Part shown: positions 35,074-46,860 of the stretch, one piece after another | How positions within the stretch are numbered: the first letter of the stretch is position 1 | Layout of the letters: each line of letters opens with the position of its first letter | Assembly (NCBI GenBank): GCA_000442015.1 | Contig: KE561209.1 | Location: 655,503 to 719,121, forward strand | Direction of reading: 5' to 3' | From: Rozella allomycis CSF55 | Taxonomy: Eukaryota | DNA: 63,619 bases | Position numbers and translations under genes: made by a program | Notes under the pieces: model-generated | Seen by the model: the letters and a program-made list of their open reading frames with translations, nothing else | Database searches by the model: none | What the model was told of the DNA's origin: nothing

Positions 35074-35431
35074 ATGCCTTTAACACTAAACATTGATGAC
35101 CTGCAAAAATTGACTAGAAAATATATCCTTTTTGTATGATTTATAAGCACTGTGTTTCGACTGTAACTTTTTACATTGGTTAGCAGGGTTTGCATTTCTC
35201 CCATTTCTTTGGGTACTGAACTGTTTGGTTTATTTTCACACTGGGATGAAAAAAGAAATTTATCCACGTAATTGCATTCATATTTAAGTCTTAGACTTCA
35301 TACGTTCCTTAATTGGATCGATCTTTTGGGCGGCAACAATCATAACTTGGTTTATAGTGTACTATATATTTAGGAATAAATGGGACAATTGGGGAGACCG
35401 GATAAGTTTAAATATACCGAAAGGATATTGA
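35074..35431 (+). CDS. PSENEN: gamma-secretase subunit PEN-2 (exons 35074-35122, 35175-35267, 35295-35431; not in ORF track)
   Basis: Spliced product MPLTLNIDDLQKLTRKYWLAGFAFLPFLWVLNCLVYFHTGMKKEIYPHFIRSLIGSIFWAATIITWFIVYYIFRNKWDNWGDRISLNIPKGY matches PEN-2 hallmarks RKYxLxGFAFLPFLW, RSxxG, W..GDxxS..IPxG. A short upstream exon at 35031 is possible. Confidence 0.92.
35123..35174 (+). other. AT-AC (U12/minor-type) intron in PEN-2
   Basis: 5' ATATCCTTT, branch-like ACTGTAAC, 3' AC; removal gives RKYWLAGFAFL, and no nearby GT-AG pair restores the frame. Confidence 0.75.
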
Positions 35432-35678
35432 AAATAAATTATATTGATGCAAGATCACTCGCTGCGTAATTTGGCGTTGGTAAATTTCTTTCATTACAAA
35501 AGAATTATTCACCAATTTCTGTTTTTTGACTTTTTAAACGCAACCAGTGCATTTATTTAACCTAGCTTCAACCTGATGCCATTTTTATGATTCATTTCTC
35601 CGCGTTCACCTATTTACTTTTTAATATTAGTGAAAAACAGCTGTCCTCACAAACTGACCAGGGTTGTTTCGAAAAGCG

Positions 35679-36740
35679 ATGGATGCCATTTATCTTACCT
35701 ACACTGCCTTAATTATACTGGCTGTTATACCGATTTACGTTGGCTCACATTATGCAGCAGATTCATCATCTAAACCTGAGGTAGCAAATATATGTCCTTA
35801 TTTATCTAGTCTGAAACTGTTTCTGCTAACGACGCTTACCTTTTTCCTGTGTATGGTTCAGGAGTTCTTTTTGGTCTCTATTTGCTGGTTAACTATCTCT
35901 CCAAAGAATATTTGAATTACTTGCTTGCAGCCTACTTTGGAATCTTTGGGGCAATGGGAATGGCGAAAATTGTCGATGTCATTTTACGTGCGTTTATACC
36001 TCCCGCAATGTTAAATGAACCATATGTGGCAAAGATCAGTCACAAAGAGAAAAGTAAATTTTACCCTATCATAATAACGAATAGCATTATTTCATCTTGA
36101 AGTGGATTGGTTAAATGCATTTTCATTTGTATTAGCTGTATCTTTTACTGGAGTATATCTTTGGTGCAAAAATTGGATTATGAGCAATGTCTTTGGTGAA
36201 GCATTTTCCATTCAGGCAATTTCATTGTTAGAACTTGATTCTTTTGGAACTGGTATGATTCTTTTATCAGGTCTATTCCTGTACGATATTTTTTGGGTAT
36301 TCGGGACTGACGTTATGGTATTGAATCTTGTTGTTGTCAAATAGGTCACCGTTGCAAAGTCTTTTGATATTCCAATCAAGCTCTTGTTTCCTCGAGATGT
36401 TTTTGCTCCCTCTTACAAGTTTGCTTTGCTCGGTCTTGGAGATATTGTCATTCCTGGAATATACGTCGCGATGTGCTTGAAATTTGATCGTCATTTGACC
36501 AAAACCAACGAGAATCACGGAAAGCCATACTTTAAGGCATGCTTATTGGCTTACATTTTAGGATTGTCCACCACAATGGCTGTCATGCATATTTTCAACG
36601 CCGCCCAACCTGCACTGTTGTATCTCAGTCCAGCTTGTATCCTCTCTTCGGTTCTCATGGCTTTGTATCGTGGCGAATTTTCTGAACTTCTTGCTTTTAC
36701 AACTATCGAAGACGTTAAAGACAAGAAGAAAAGTGAATAA
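35679..36740 (+). CDS. SPP: signal peptide peptidase (GxGD intramembrane aspartyl protease, HM13/SPP)
   Basis: GLFLYDIFWVFGTDVM, LGLGDIVIPG, QPALLYL, C-terminal KKSE ER-retrieval motif. Confidence 0.95.
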
Positions 36741-36758
36741 ATCGCATAGATTCTAAAT

Positions 36759-38156
36759 TTATTTCCATGGATTTCCACTTATTAAATTAGCAAATGGATC
36801 TGCTTGTTGAGTTGTCTTTGCTGAATTATTCTGACTTGGAAGATTTGGACTTTGATTTACCTGGATGGTCGCAAAATCACCGAAATCATTCTGACCTTGT
36901 TGCTTCGTCGGACTGAATACTGAGTAGTTGTTGATATTTGCTTGATTTATACCTGTCATGAATTGATTATTTGCTGTTGTATTAACATTGTTCATCGGCT
37001 GGTTATTAATGTTGGTGAAACCGCTCATTGAGTTTTGACCAAACTGTGAAGGCGTAGAATTCAAGTTATTCATACCATTGGGCTGTGTGGTTGTTGATTG
37101 CATAAAGCTGTTCCCGTTCATGAATGATTGAACATTTCCAAAGCCATTTGATTGATTTCCCTGCATTCCATTCCCGTTAAAACTACTTCGTTGATTAGGT
37201 TNCCGTTCCCGTTAAAACTACTACGTTGATTAGTTTGCCCTTGATTCTGAAAAGAGGCGGCTTGTTGAAAGTTTGAAAATTGGGGACTTGAAAATACTTG
37301 TTGATTCTGTGTATTGAACGCATTCATAACATTCTGTTGAACAGAACTATTTGTATGAAACTGGGTGCTATTTCGTTGCCCAAAGTTATTCTGCGGAGGA
37401 AATGAAGGGTTGAAACTTTGTTGAGAAGAACTAAAGAATTGGTTCTGAGTAGACATTGTAGGATTTGAATTGGTGAATGTCTGGGAAGGTACAGGCGCTT
37501 GAGTTGGCATGACTTGGTTTACGAATGAATTTTGTTGCACTTGTTGCTGACTTGCTCTGAATGAGTTGTTTTGTTGCATTCCAANATGAGTTGTTTTGCT
37601 GCATTCCAAAGCCTTGCTGTTGACTTTGATTTTGAATCGGTTGAGGTTGCGTCAAGTCGATTGTGTTTGGGTCTGGCACGACTGGGCTTCGAACGTATTG
37701 TTTTCGTTCATATTTGGATCTGATAAATTGTTCTAATGTTCTTTTTAAATATAAAAAACTTATGTTACGATTCGTTTGGTTCATGGCCAGCAGGAAGAGA
37801 AGCTTCCCAATAGTAGTTTGCCTTGGCGTTTCCCCATTTGGAGACTTCCTAAATCAAGAATGATTGTACGATATTACCTGTATTTGCTCTGGTGTGAATG
37901 TGTCCAAATCAATTGATCTGATTTTGGTAATGTGAACACCGATTGATCTGTGTATTCCGGAACAACGAATGCACACAAAAACGCCGAGATTTATTGAAAC
38001 CCATCTAGAGTCTTTTAACTTCCGTGATTATAAATTACCTTTCTTTTTACAATCGGCGCACTTTTTATTTTCTGGTCTAGAAACCAATTCCTTTAGTATC
38101 TGTAAATGCATATCATTTTGAGTCTTGTTTGATTGCCTTTCTTGCCTCGTAGACAT
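36759..38156 (-). CDS. ArfGAP (SMAP/Age2-like) with Q/N-rich tail and DFGDF/DPF motifs
   Basis: [54 protein letters not shown]; two N-junction duplications in the tail. Confidence 0.9.
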
Positions 38157-38241
38157 TTGATGATAAGCAAGGAACTAACGAGGGTGAAGAGCCAATTATA
38201 ATTTAATTAAAAATTACTAAAAATAGTTTATTATCGCGTGT

Positions 38242-40481
38242 TCATTTTTCAAGTAGAATTTCTAGTTCATTTATTCTTTCCAAAGCTTTATTGTGCTTTT
38301 CTAAGAGTTTATGATATTCTAATTTCCAATCCATTTCTTTTTCTAATTCTTTCTTGTCATTTTCTTTCTTGAGTTTTGCTTCTCTTAATTGCAGAAACTT
38401 TTTGGCTTCTTGAGCAAAGTCTGATGGGGCCATCTTGACAGTGACATTGTCGTTTTGACAATCAGGGTAAACTTTAGTTTTTGAATCTTTTTGACTGTTC
38501 GACTCTATCAAATTGTTTTGATTTCTTCCAGAGGAGAGGACAATATTCTGAAGTCTTAGGAGAGCGTCTTCAGCGTTTCTCCTGATTCTGCTTGCTTCTT
38601 TAAGTATTCTTTTCTTTAATGAAGTTTTATCAAACGAAAATATTTCATGGCGCAATTCCTTTCTAATTGAAGGCATAATGCTATTCCCATCTTATATTGA
38701 GATTTTTAAAGATTATTACTTTTAGAGATTAAACTTTGTAATTTTGATAACCAACCTGTTGTATCTGATTCCATTTCACAGCTAAAAGTGTAAGAAGATG
38801 TTTTTGAACCATTGTGGTGACCAACGCATGAGAGTTGCCAAAGATGAAAATATTCTATTCAAATGAAACATTTTTTTTACTTTTGGAATCTGGCACTCTA
38901 ACAGCTACGAGATTTTTTCTTGAAATTGGAACTGCAAAATGTAATTTGTAAGTTTGATTTTTTGTTATATTTCCTTTTAGACAAACAAATAGTTTCTCTA
39001 AAAGTAAAATGTAGCAATTGATAGGTTTATTTTCACTAATTTCTAAAGCGTATCCCTCCATTATTAAATCCCCATAGTATTGAATTGATACCCCTGTCCA
39101 ATCTTCTATTCTTTTATCAAAATCATCTAAAAGCCACTGATTTTCTTTTTTTCTAACAATTTCACGAAGATTATCAACCTCTTTCTGTAAACTAACTTTG
39201 CATTCGTGTAAACTTTCTTTTTCTTTCACTGCTGATTTTTCTGCATCAGATAAATAATCCAAATAATATCGAAGTCTTTCCATTGGACCCAAAAAGTATG
39301 AAGAAAGATGCATGATTGGTGGATTTGTTTCAAACCCTGCCTTGCTAAGAAATTTATTCATCTTTTCATCCTTTTTATACTTGTCCAGTATTTTGCTTCT
39401 ATTATACGATGATTCACAATATTCTTTATAAACTCCACTTAATTCATTTGTCTATTTCTGGCAATCATTTTCATTACCATTTTCTTAAATATTTGAGAAA
39501 CTAGCAATTCTTTCGTTCGAATGTTCTTCAAGTTTTGCAAGTCTCTGAAAAAATCATCGTGAAAGCTAATTATTTTTCCAATTTGATCTACAATCAGTTT
39601 TTTATCATTCGAAGAAAACCAAGATTGATAAATTAATGGAAGTATCCTCTTCTGCATTGAATCCAAATTTCCTATAAATTGATATTCTGTTTCCAATAGT
39701 AAATTCAAATGCAAGTCAAAATCTTCAGAAACAATTGTTTTTTCCTTTCATTTTATTTAAATATTTCCTACCAATTCTTCAACATAATTCGCTGGAAACC
39801 ATCCTATAGAACCTGAACACTCTCCAATCCACCAACCCTATAAATTTAACAATCAATTATTACATCATCAGATTTCTTTCTTGCGATAATCGTATCACCT
39901 TCTTTGAACGACAACTCGTCCGATTTCGTAGCATCAAAATTGAATTTGGCAATGTACACATTCGACTTGCAAACTATTTATTATAACAATCATTAATTAC
40001 GCTCCTGGAATAGCTTTTCATCTGTATTTATAGAAACAGACCTCATCGTAGGCAGTAATCCAAAATCTTCGGCATATTCGGCCAATTTCAGTAACAGCGC
40101 AAGTAACTCTCAAAAATGCAAAAATTAATTTACTTTTTCACCTTCAGACTTTTTGGTAAAAAGCAATGTAGTATCAAACAACAATTCACTCGGCAACTTT
40201 AGCTCATACTTGCACACCACCAAAAACTTGTTCAAATTGTCCATTGCCGCAAACGGCCTCGTCGCCGCTTCAAGGTGGTAATTAGCGATACTCTGCGGAA
40301 TCAGACAGTTCATTAGCCGACACAGCGACACGCCGTCTTTCAGCAAGCTCACCAGCAGATCAATGGACATGAGTGCGGAATACCTCTTGGGCCAGTTGTC
40401 CTTGACAAACGGCGAAAAAACTCCCATAGCGTCCAACCACAGAATAACCTGATTAACTTTTTTGTGCGAATCAATGGGCAT
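38242..40481 (-). CDS. Rho GEF CH-SH3-DH-PH with WH2-like motif and C-terminal coiled coil (PIX/ARHGEF6-like architecture)
   Basis: CH (LKDGVSLCRLMN, DNLNKFL), SH3 (AKFNFDATKSDELSFKEGD, WWIG..GWFPANYV), DH (LLETEYQFI, LSSYFLGPMERLRYY), PH (YGDLIMEG), EIFSFDKTSLKK. Confidence 0.8.
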
Positions 40482-40510
40482 TTCTGCGCCACAATTTTAT
40501 TTCCTTTTTT

Positions 40511-41156
40511 CTAGATGACTTGAAGTTTGAAGAGCCTTTTGATGAGATGCATGTGTTTAGTACCCTGTAAAGTCGGGAGAGCGTGAAAGAATTTGTTCGA
40601 ATTCGACAGGCGAAATTTTTTCGTCGCCGTCAATGTCCACCTCTTCGAATATCTTGTTGATTACTAGCTCGATTTCGCCTTCGACTAGCTCGTTGGAGAC
40701 TGTGGAGCGCAAAACTTGGCGGATATCGTCGCGCCCTATGTAGCCGTCGTCGTCGTAGTCTATTTTGGTGGATGTGTGAGGGTACCGAATATTTTAAAAG
40801 CTGTGAATGCTTTGACATCTTTTGAAGCCTATTTTATATGTGGGTTTGTGTTACTTCGGGTGAAAATGAGGAGAGGAAATCCAGGAAATCGTCAAAATTG
40901 ATGGTTTGGTTTTGCTCGTCTGTACAAAAGATGTTGTGAATTCGTTCTTTAAATGGATTATGGATAAGCATTGGGAGATGAACGAATTCTAGTTTGGACA
41001 GAGCCTTGTTTCCGCCTGTTAGATCTACAAACAGTCGATGTAATCTTTGGCTGAATAGATTGTAAAATACTTTATGATTTCTTTGCGAGTAAAAAATGTG
41101 CATTCTTCGTATTCATCCAACTGCTCTCTTGTGAATGCAGAATATGCGTTTCCCAT
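40511..41156 (-). CDS. CIB: calcium- and integrin-binding (CIB) family EF-hand protein
   Basis: MGNAYSAFTREQLDEYEECTFFTRKEI, NPFKERI, FDDFLDFLSSFS, AFKIFDYDDDGYI, EVDIDGDEKISPVEFEQILSRSPDF. Confidence 0.88.
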
Positions 41157-41313
41157 GTCAAATCAGTAACCAAAATAGAGATCCTTCAGCTCCAACTTTC
41201 TCAAATAAAATTACAAAATACTAAACTCTTTCAAAAACAGCTAGCCAATTTATCAAACTATTTAAACTTTCCATTTTAATTTCTAACATTTCGAAATTTC
41301 GTAAACTCAAAAA

Positions 41314-44300
41314 ATGGAAAATGACGATGACCAAGTAATATCGCAGTTGTATTCCGCTGCGAGTGTGCTGTCTAGTGACAATAAATTTGAGTTTGATTTT
41401 GCAGTGAATAGTAATTTTGTGCGGGATGTGACGACTGAAGAGGAAGAGTTTACGGTGGAAGTGTTTTCGCATCCGATTGAAGAGGAGTTGGAAGGGAATG
41501 TTGGGGATGGGAAACATGTTGGAGATGGTTTTGATAGAGATAATGGAGTGGGTCGTGATGTTGAAGGTGCTGAAGAGGTTGTGAGAGTTGATGATAATGA
41601 AGAAGGTAATAATGAGGGAGATAATGAAATCGATATGACAAAAGAAGATGGAAATGGAGAAGAGAATGCAGAAAATATTGCCACAGAAATTGATAATGTT
41701 GCGACCGTCGATGAAACCACTGCTGATAAAGAAGATGAAAAGATTAATGAAAACAACGAAAGTGAAGAAGAAGATTTTGGATTCAAGTATTTTGAAATGA
41801 ATGAGATTGAAGCAACGCATGAAAATTTGATGCACGATCAATTTGAGGAATACAATAAATTTTTGATTGACAGTGAAATTGGCCTTGTTGAAAATGTGGA
41901 ACCAAAAGATGAAAGTGAATCTAAGGATGTGGAGGATGAGGATGAGTTTCTTGCAGCTACACAGTTGCCTGATGATTTTGAGACTGCGAATGTTGAGATT
42001 CCGGTTGTTGAGAGTTTTGAAGTTGAGGGGACTGAGAGGGAACAGTTGACTGAGGGGGTGGATGAAGTTACTGAAGAAGATGATAAAAGAGAAGAAGGGA
42101 ATGAGCAAGCAGAAATTGAGCCGATAGAAAGTAATGAAGTAGTTGAATTTGAAGATGCAAAAGATAATGCAGTTATGGAAGATTTTGAGATATTGGGTGA
42201 GTTTGAAGGCGAGAAACAAGTTGAAACAATTGAAGAAAGTGTAGACAGAGACTCTAGTGAAGTAGAATATGTTGAATCAGAACATAATAAAGTGGAACAC
42301 AATGTAGAACATGAAGAAGTTGAACATGGCAGGATTGAACATGATGTAGTAGAAAATGATGAAGTGTGTGGAGAAAGAGTTGATGAAAATGAAGAGAACA
42401 ACAACTTGAATGAAAATGAAATGGTTGCTGATCAAGTGGATGTTTCAATGGAAAAGAGAGAAGAAACAAATTATGAGACTAGAACAGAAGATGGCATGGA
42501 TGGAATGGATATTGTTGAAGATTTTGAAAGGGATGTGATGTTTGCTGAATCACAGATCATTGGAAGATCAGAAGAAGTAATGGTAGAAGAAGATGAAGAA
42601 TCAAAGGAAGAAAATGAGAGTATTGAAGAGAATAATCAGCAAATTGAAAGCTTAAACATGGAATCTGAAGTCAATAAGAAAATTGATACTATTGAAGAAA
42701 GTCATCACCATGATAACACGGAAACATTTACTGGTGGAATTCTTAACGTTGATAATAAAATGGAAGCAGTTACTGGTGAACACCCCATTGACAAAGTTGA
42801 AGTGACTCACAAAGTTGACACTGAAATGCATCATAATGTTGATGTGGAAGCAGTAGTACTTCACAGCTCTGAGAATGTTGAAATGAGTGAAACACATCAA
42901 TTTGAGACTGAATTGGACTCTTTGGATGAATCTTTAGATTTGAGGGGGGTTGAAAAGGAAAAGGAAATAGAAAAGTTAAAGTTTCATTTTAAGAGTTTGA
43001 TTGAAACATTTAAAGTGAATTTTGAAGCGTCGAATCAAGCGAAAAAGTATTTTGAAAAAGAGAATGAAACGATTGAGAATAATTTTAATTTGATTAAAGA
43101 AAGAAAGATGGAGATTAGTAATTTTACGAATGAAAATATTCAAATAATGAATTGTATTTCATTTGAAGGTATTTTAGAAAATTTAAGAAATATGAATGAA
43201 AAGAATTTAATTCAAGAAAAAGAAAAAAAGAAGATTTTAGATTTGTTTGAATTTTCATTTAATAATTTTGTGAATTTAAAACAGAATTATCATTTGTTGT
43301 ATGAAATGTTGTTCAAGTGGGATAATTCAATTAAAGAAACAATTGATTTTATTTATTCAGATTTTTTAGATAAATTAGAAAAAGTATTTTTAAAATTGAG
43401 AAGAGAAAATAAAATATTTTTAGAATTGTTTAAAAGATTAGAAAATAAAATTTTTGAATTGGAAAAATTTTCAAGTAAAAAAAGATCAATCTAATCTAAT
43501 CTAGGTTCAAGGGTTGAGAAAAAAGAGAAAAATTTTATCAATGAAATTATTAAAGAAATTAAAGATAAAGAAATTGAAATGGAGAAAATATCAAATCAAT
43601 CAAAAGATTTTAAAGTTCAAGTTTTAAATAAATTTGATTTGTTTAAAAATGATTTGATTATAATGAAGAAGCAAGTTGGAATGTTTAGAGAGATTTGGAT
43701 TGAATCTTTAAGAGAAGTTTTAGAAAATTACAAGAATGATTCAAAAGAAAATAAAATTAATAAAGAAAAAATTATTGAATTGGAATCTATTTTAAAATGT
43801 TTAACAAATCATTCAAATCATTTAGAATTAGAATTAAACAAAGAAAAATCAGAAAGAAATGAAATTGAAAATAATCTCAAAACTAAATATGAATCTGAAA
43901 TTGAAAATTATAAAAAGAGATTTGAATCTGAAATGCAAAATGAAATTCAATCTTTACAAAATGAAATTCAATCTTTGCAAAATGAAAATGAATCTTTAAA
44001 GGAGAAAATTCAATCTGAAAATTTAAATGAAATTCAAAATGAAATTGACTCTTTAAAGAATAACATTGAATTGTTAGCAAATGAAAAAGAAACTTTAATC
44101 AATCAAAATATGGAACTAAAAGAGACTGTTCAAGTAACAAAGTTAGAATTGAAGAATAATAATGAATCACTAAACAATGAAAACACCTTGTTAAAGGAAA
44201 CAATTGAAGCATTAAAGAGTGAAAACGAAATGCTAAAAAAGGAAAATATAACATTGAATGAAAATGTTGAAGCTTTAAAGAATGAGAATATTGGATTGAA

Positions 44301-45630
44301 TAATTCTGTTGAAGAATTAAAGAATGAAACAAATAAATCAAATGAAACAGTTGAATATTTAAAGAGTGAAAAATCTAAATTGAATGAAACAGTTGAATCA
44401 CTTCAAAGCAACATTGAATTATTAAATAATGAAAATGAATCTTTAAATGAAAAATATCAAAATATTTTAACAGAAAATAATTCAACAAAAGAGAATGTTA
44501 ACAATCTATTAATAGAAATTGAATCTTTAAAAGAAAATTCTCAATCTAATGATAAAATCATTCAATTAGAAAATGATCTAAAAAGATCTATTGATGAAAA
44601 AAATAATCTTGAAAATATTTTAAATAATTTAAAATCTGAAAATTCAAACAAATTAAATGAATTAGAATTATCTCATTCCACTAAAATTTCTTCTTTAAAT
44701 CAAGAATTAATTTCTAAAATTTCAGAAATAGATTCATTAAAATCTGAAATTGAAAAATTAAAAAACTTAAATTCATCTCTTGAAAAAGATTTGAAATCTG
44801 CAAAAGATTCTTTAAAAGATTTTGAAATTGAAAATATTAAAAATGATGACTTTGATTTTGATACTTCAATCTCTGTCTTAACCCCTTCAATCCAACACAA
44901 GAGAAAATTAGTAAATGATTCTGGAATCTTAAAACCAATCGAAAATTCTTCAATGTCGGCCAAGAAAATTAGAAAAGGTTTTTATTCCATTCTTTATTTA
45001 CTTAGACGCTTCAAGAGTTGCTCATCCTGTCATCATGCTCAGTGGGTTCCAAGAAAAACATCCAATCTACAATCTAGAACTAAGAGAACGTTTAATTGAA
45101 ATCTTAAAGTAATTTCTTTTATTCCCTCTCAACAGTCGCTTAAATATTGAATTCTTGCTAACCTCCAATTTTGAAGACAAGATCACTCATCTAGTAGCTT
45201 GGTCTGACAACAAAACCTTGAAATACTACGCTTCATGCATAACCTTCAAGTACATCTACACTCCATTTAATATTTTAGATGGGTCATGCACCACGAATGG
45301 CTTCTAGAATCTGGTCGACGAGGCTACCTCATAGATGAAGAATCATTCGGTAAACAATTATCAACAAACCCCGTCCTGAAAAAGAAAATTTACAGAACTT
45401 CTAAATATTTAAAAGAAATGGAAAGAAAAACTGTTAGAAAAGATTATGGTGATATTCTCTTGATTCAGGTATTTATTTGTTGTTTTTGGTAATAGTTGGG
45501 AAATGGCGTTTATACGGATGACAGGCAAGAAGCTGATATTGTTTTGAAGGCTGACAAGGAAGCATTCACTTCGTCTATTCCGTCGTTCACTTGGAGTCAA
45601 TTGCTGAATCTCATTGAAAGGGGTCAATAA
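41314..45630 (+). CDS. large acidic/coiled-coil protein with C-terminal BRCT-like domain
   Basis: About 500 aa D/E-rich, about 650 aa coiled coil, then VIMLSGF...ITHLVA...KTLKYY...WVMHHEWLLES. Confidence 0.7.
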
Positions 45631-45705
45631 ATTTTAAACTGAAATTAAACGTTATTTAACCATTTTTGTTTAAATTTTTAGTCTTTATTATTCCATGCCC
45701 ACTTT

Positions 45706-46638
45706 ATGTCTATGGAACTTGGTGGAAGTGGCTCAGTCAAAATGGAGAAACTTTTAAAATGGGGAATCGAAAACAGCAGCGGTCCCATCCCATCAACCCT
45801 CCCATCCCACATAGTAATATTAATCATTTCAAAATATAGGATCCCAGCATGGTTGACGAAATACTCGGTCCATCCGATTCCGACAAAATGATCCGTAAGT
45901 CAACTTACAAAACTATATAGAATGCATGACAGTTATAACCGACAAGAGTATTTCCCTGGAAAACAGGATCACGGCGTTTGACAATTTCGAAATGCTTATA
46001 GAGAACCTAGACAATGCTAATCGTAACAAATACGTGAATTATATATAGTGATGCAAAAGATGGCGCTGTGGGCGCCAGTCATATCGATGCTGGACGATGA
46101 GGCGAATGAGATGAGGATGTACGCGGCATGGGTGATAGGTACCAGTGTGCAGAATAACAGCACCGCACAAAGTGATTTCATCCAGAACGGGGGGCTGGTA
46201 AAAATCGTGCAGATGGTCAAGTGCGAAAAGGATGTTGGCGTGTTGAAAAAGATTGTGTATGCTTTGAGCTCGCTGCTCAAGAACAATGCCGCCGGTGTTA
46301 AGCAGTTTGTGGCGATGGACGGCATCGAGACAACGCTGGAGGCTATGGACGTTGATGAGAGTGTGGCGATGCGCGTGGTTTTCATGCTGCATGGGATGCT
46401 TGTCGGCGATAGGGAGATGGCTGCCGTGATGAGGGAGAAGATGGTGCCGTGTAGAGTTGCACAGGTGCTCGCGTGCGAGAATTGCGATGCAAAGGAAAAG
46501 GCGGCAGAGTTTTTGGTGGCGTTTAATTCAAAAGTTACGATGAACAGGGATGAGAGGTTGACTGTGCAAAAAGTTTTGGGAATGGCAAGGTTGGATGGGT
46601 TGGAAAAGAGTTTGGTGAAGAAACTTGAAAAGATTTGA
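45706..46638 (+). CDS. FES1: Hsp70 nucleotide exchange factor Fes1/HspBP1
   Basis: MEKLLKWGIENS, AFDNFEMLIENLDNAN, AAWVIGTSVQNN, KIVYALSSLLKNN. Confidence 0.9.
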
Positions 46639-46786
46639 GGTTTTTTGGTTTGGGAATAAATTGTGTTGTGCATATTTCTTTGAATTTTATTGTGAGGGAA
46701 TCAATTGAGGGTGCAAAATCGAATATGCGGTTTTTGGCTGTTGAACGTTTAAGAGATATACTAGTATTTAGGGAAACTCCAATCAT

Positions 46787-46860
46787 GTTTTCATGGTGTA
46801 GTTGGTTATCACATCTGCTTAACACGCAGAAGGCCTCCAGTTCAAGTCTGGATGAAAACA
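46787..46860 (+). tRNA. tRNA-Val (AAC)
   Basis: Acceptor GTTTTCA/TGAAAAC, D-arm GTGTAGTTGGTTATCAC, anticodon stem TCTGC-TTAACAC-GCAGA, T-arm CCAGTTCAAGTCTGG, T-run terminator. Confidence 0.95.

Noticed and set aside
35305..35313. TTCCTTAAT perfect U12 branch-like motif
   Set aside because: Lies inside PEN-2 coding exon 3 (RSLI); coincidental
37160..37610. Short direct duplications and frameshifts in the ArfGAP tail (similar cases at 49260, 56596, 58821, 62058)
   Set aside because: Each is centred on a single N: contig-join or haplotype overlap artefacts, not biological repeats or programmed frameshifts
41221..42404. Long antisense ORFs (Ser/Phe-rich) opposite the acidic protein
   Set aside because: Shadow frames of GAA/GAT-rich coding sequence
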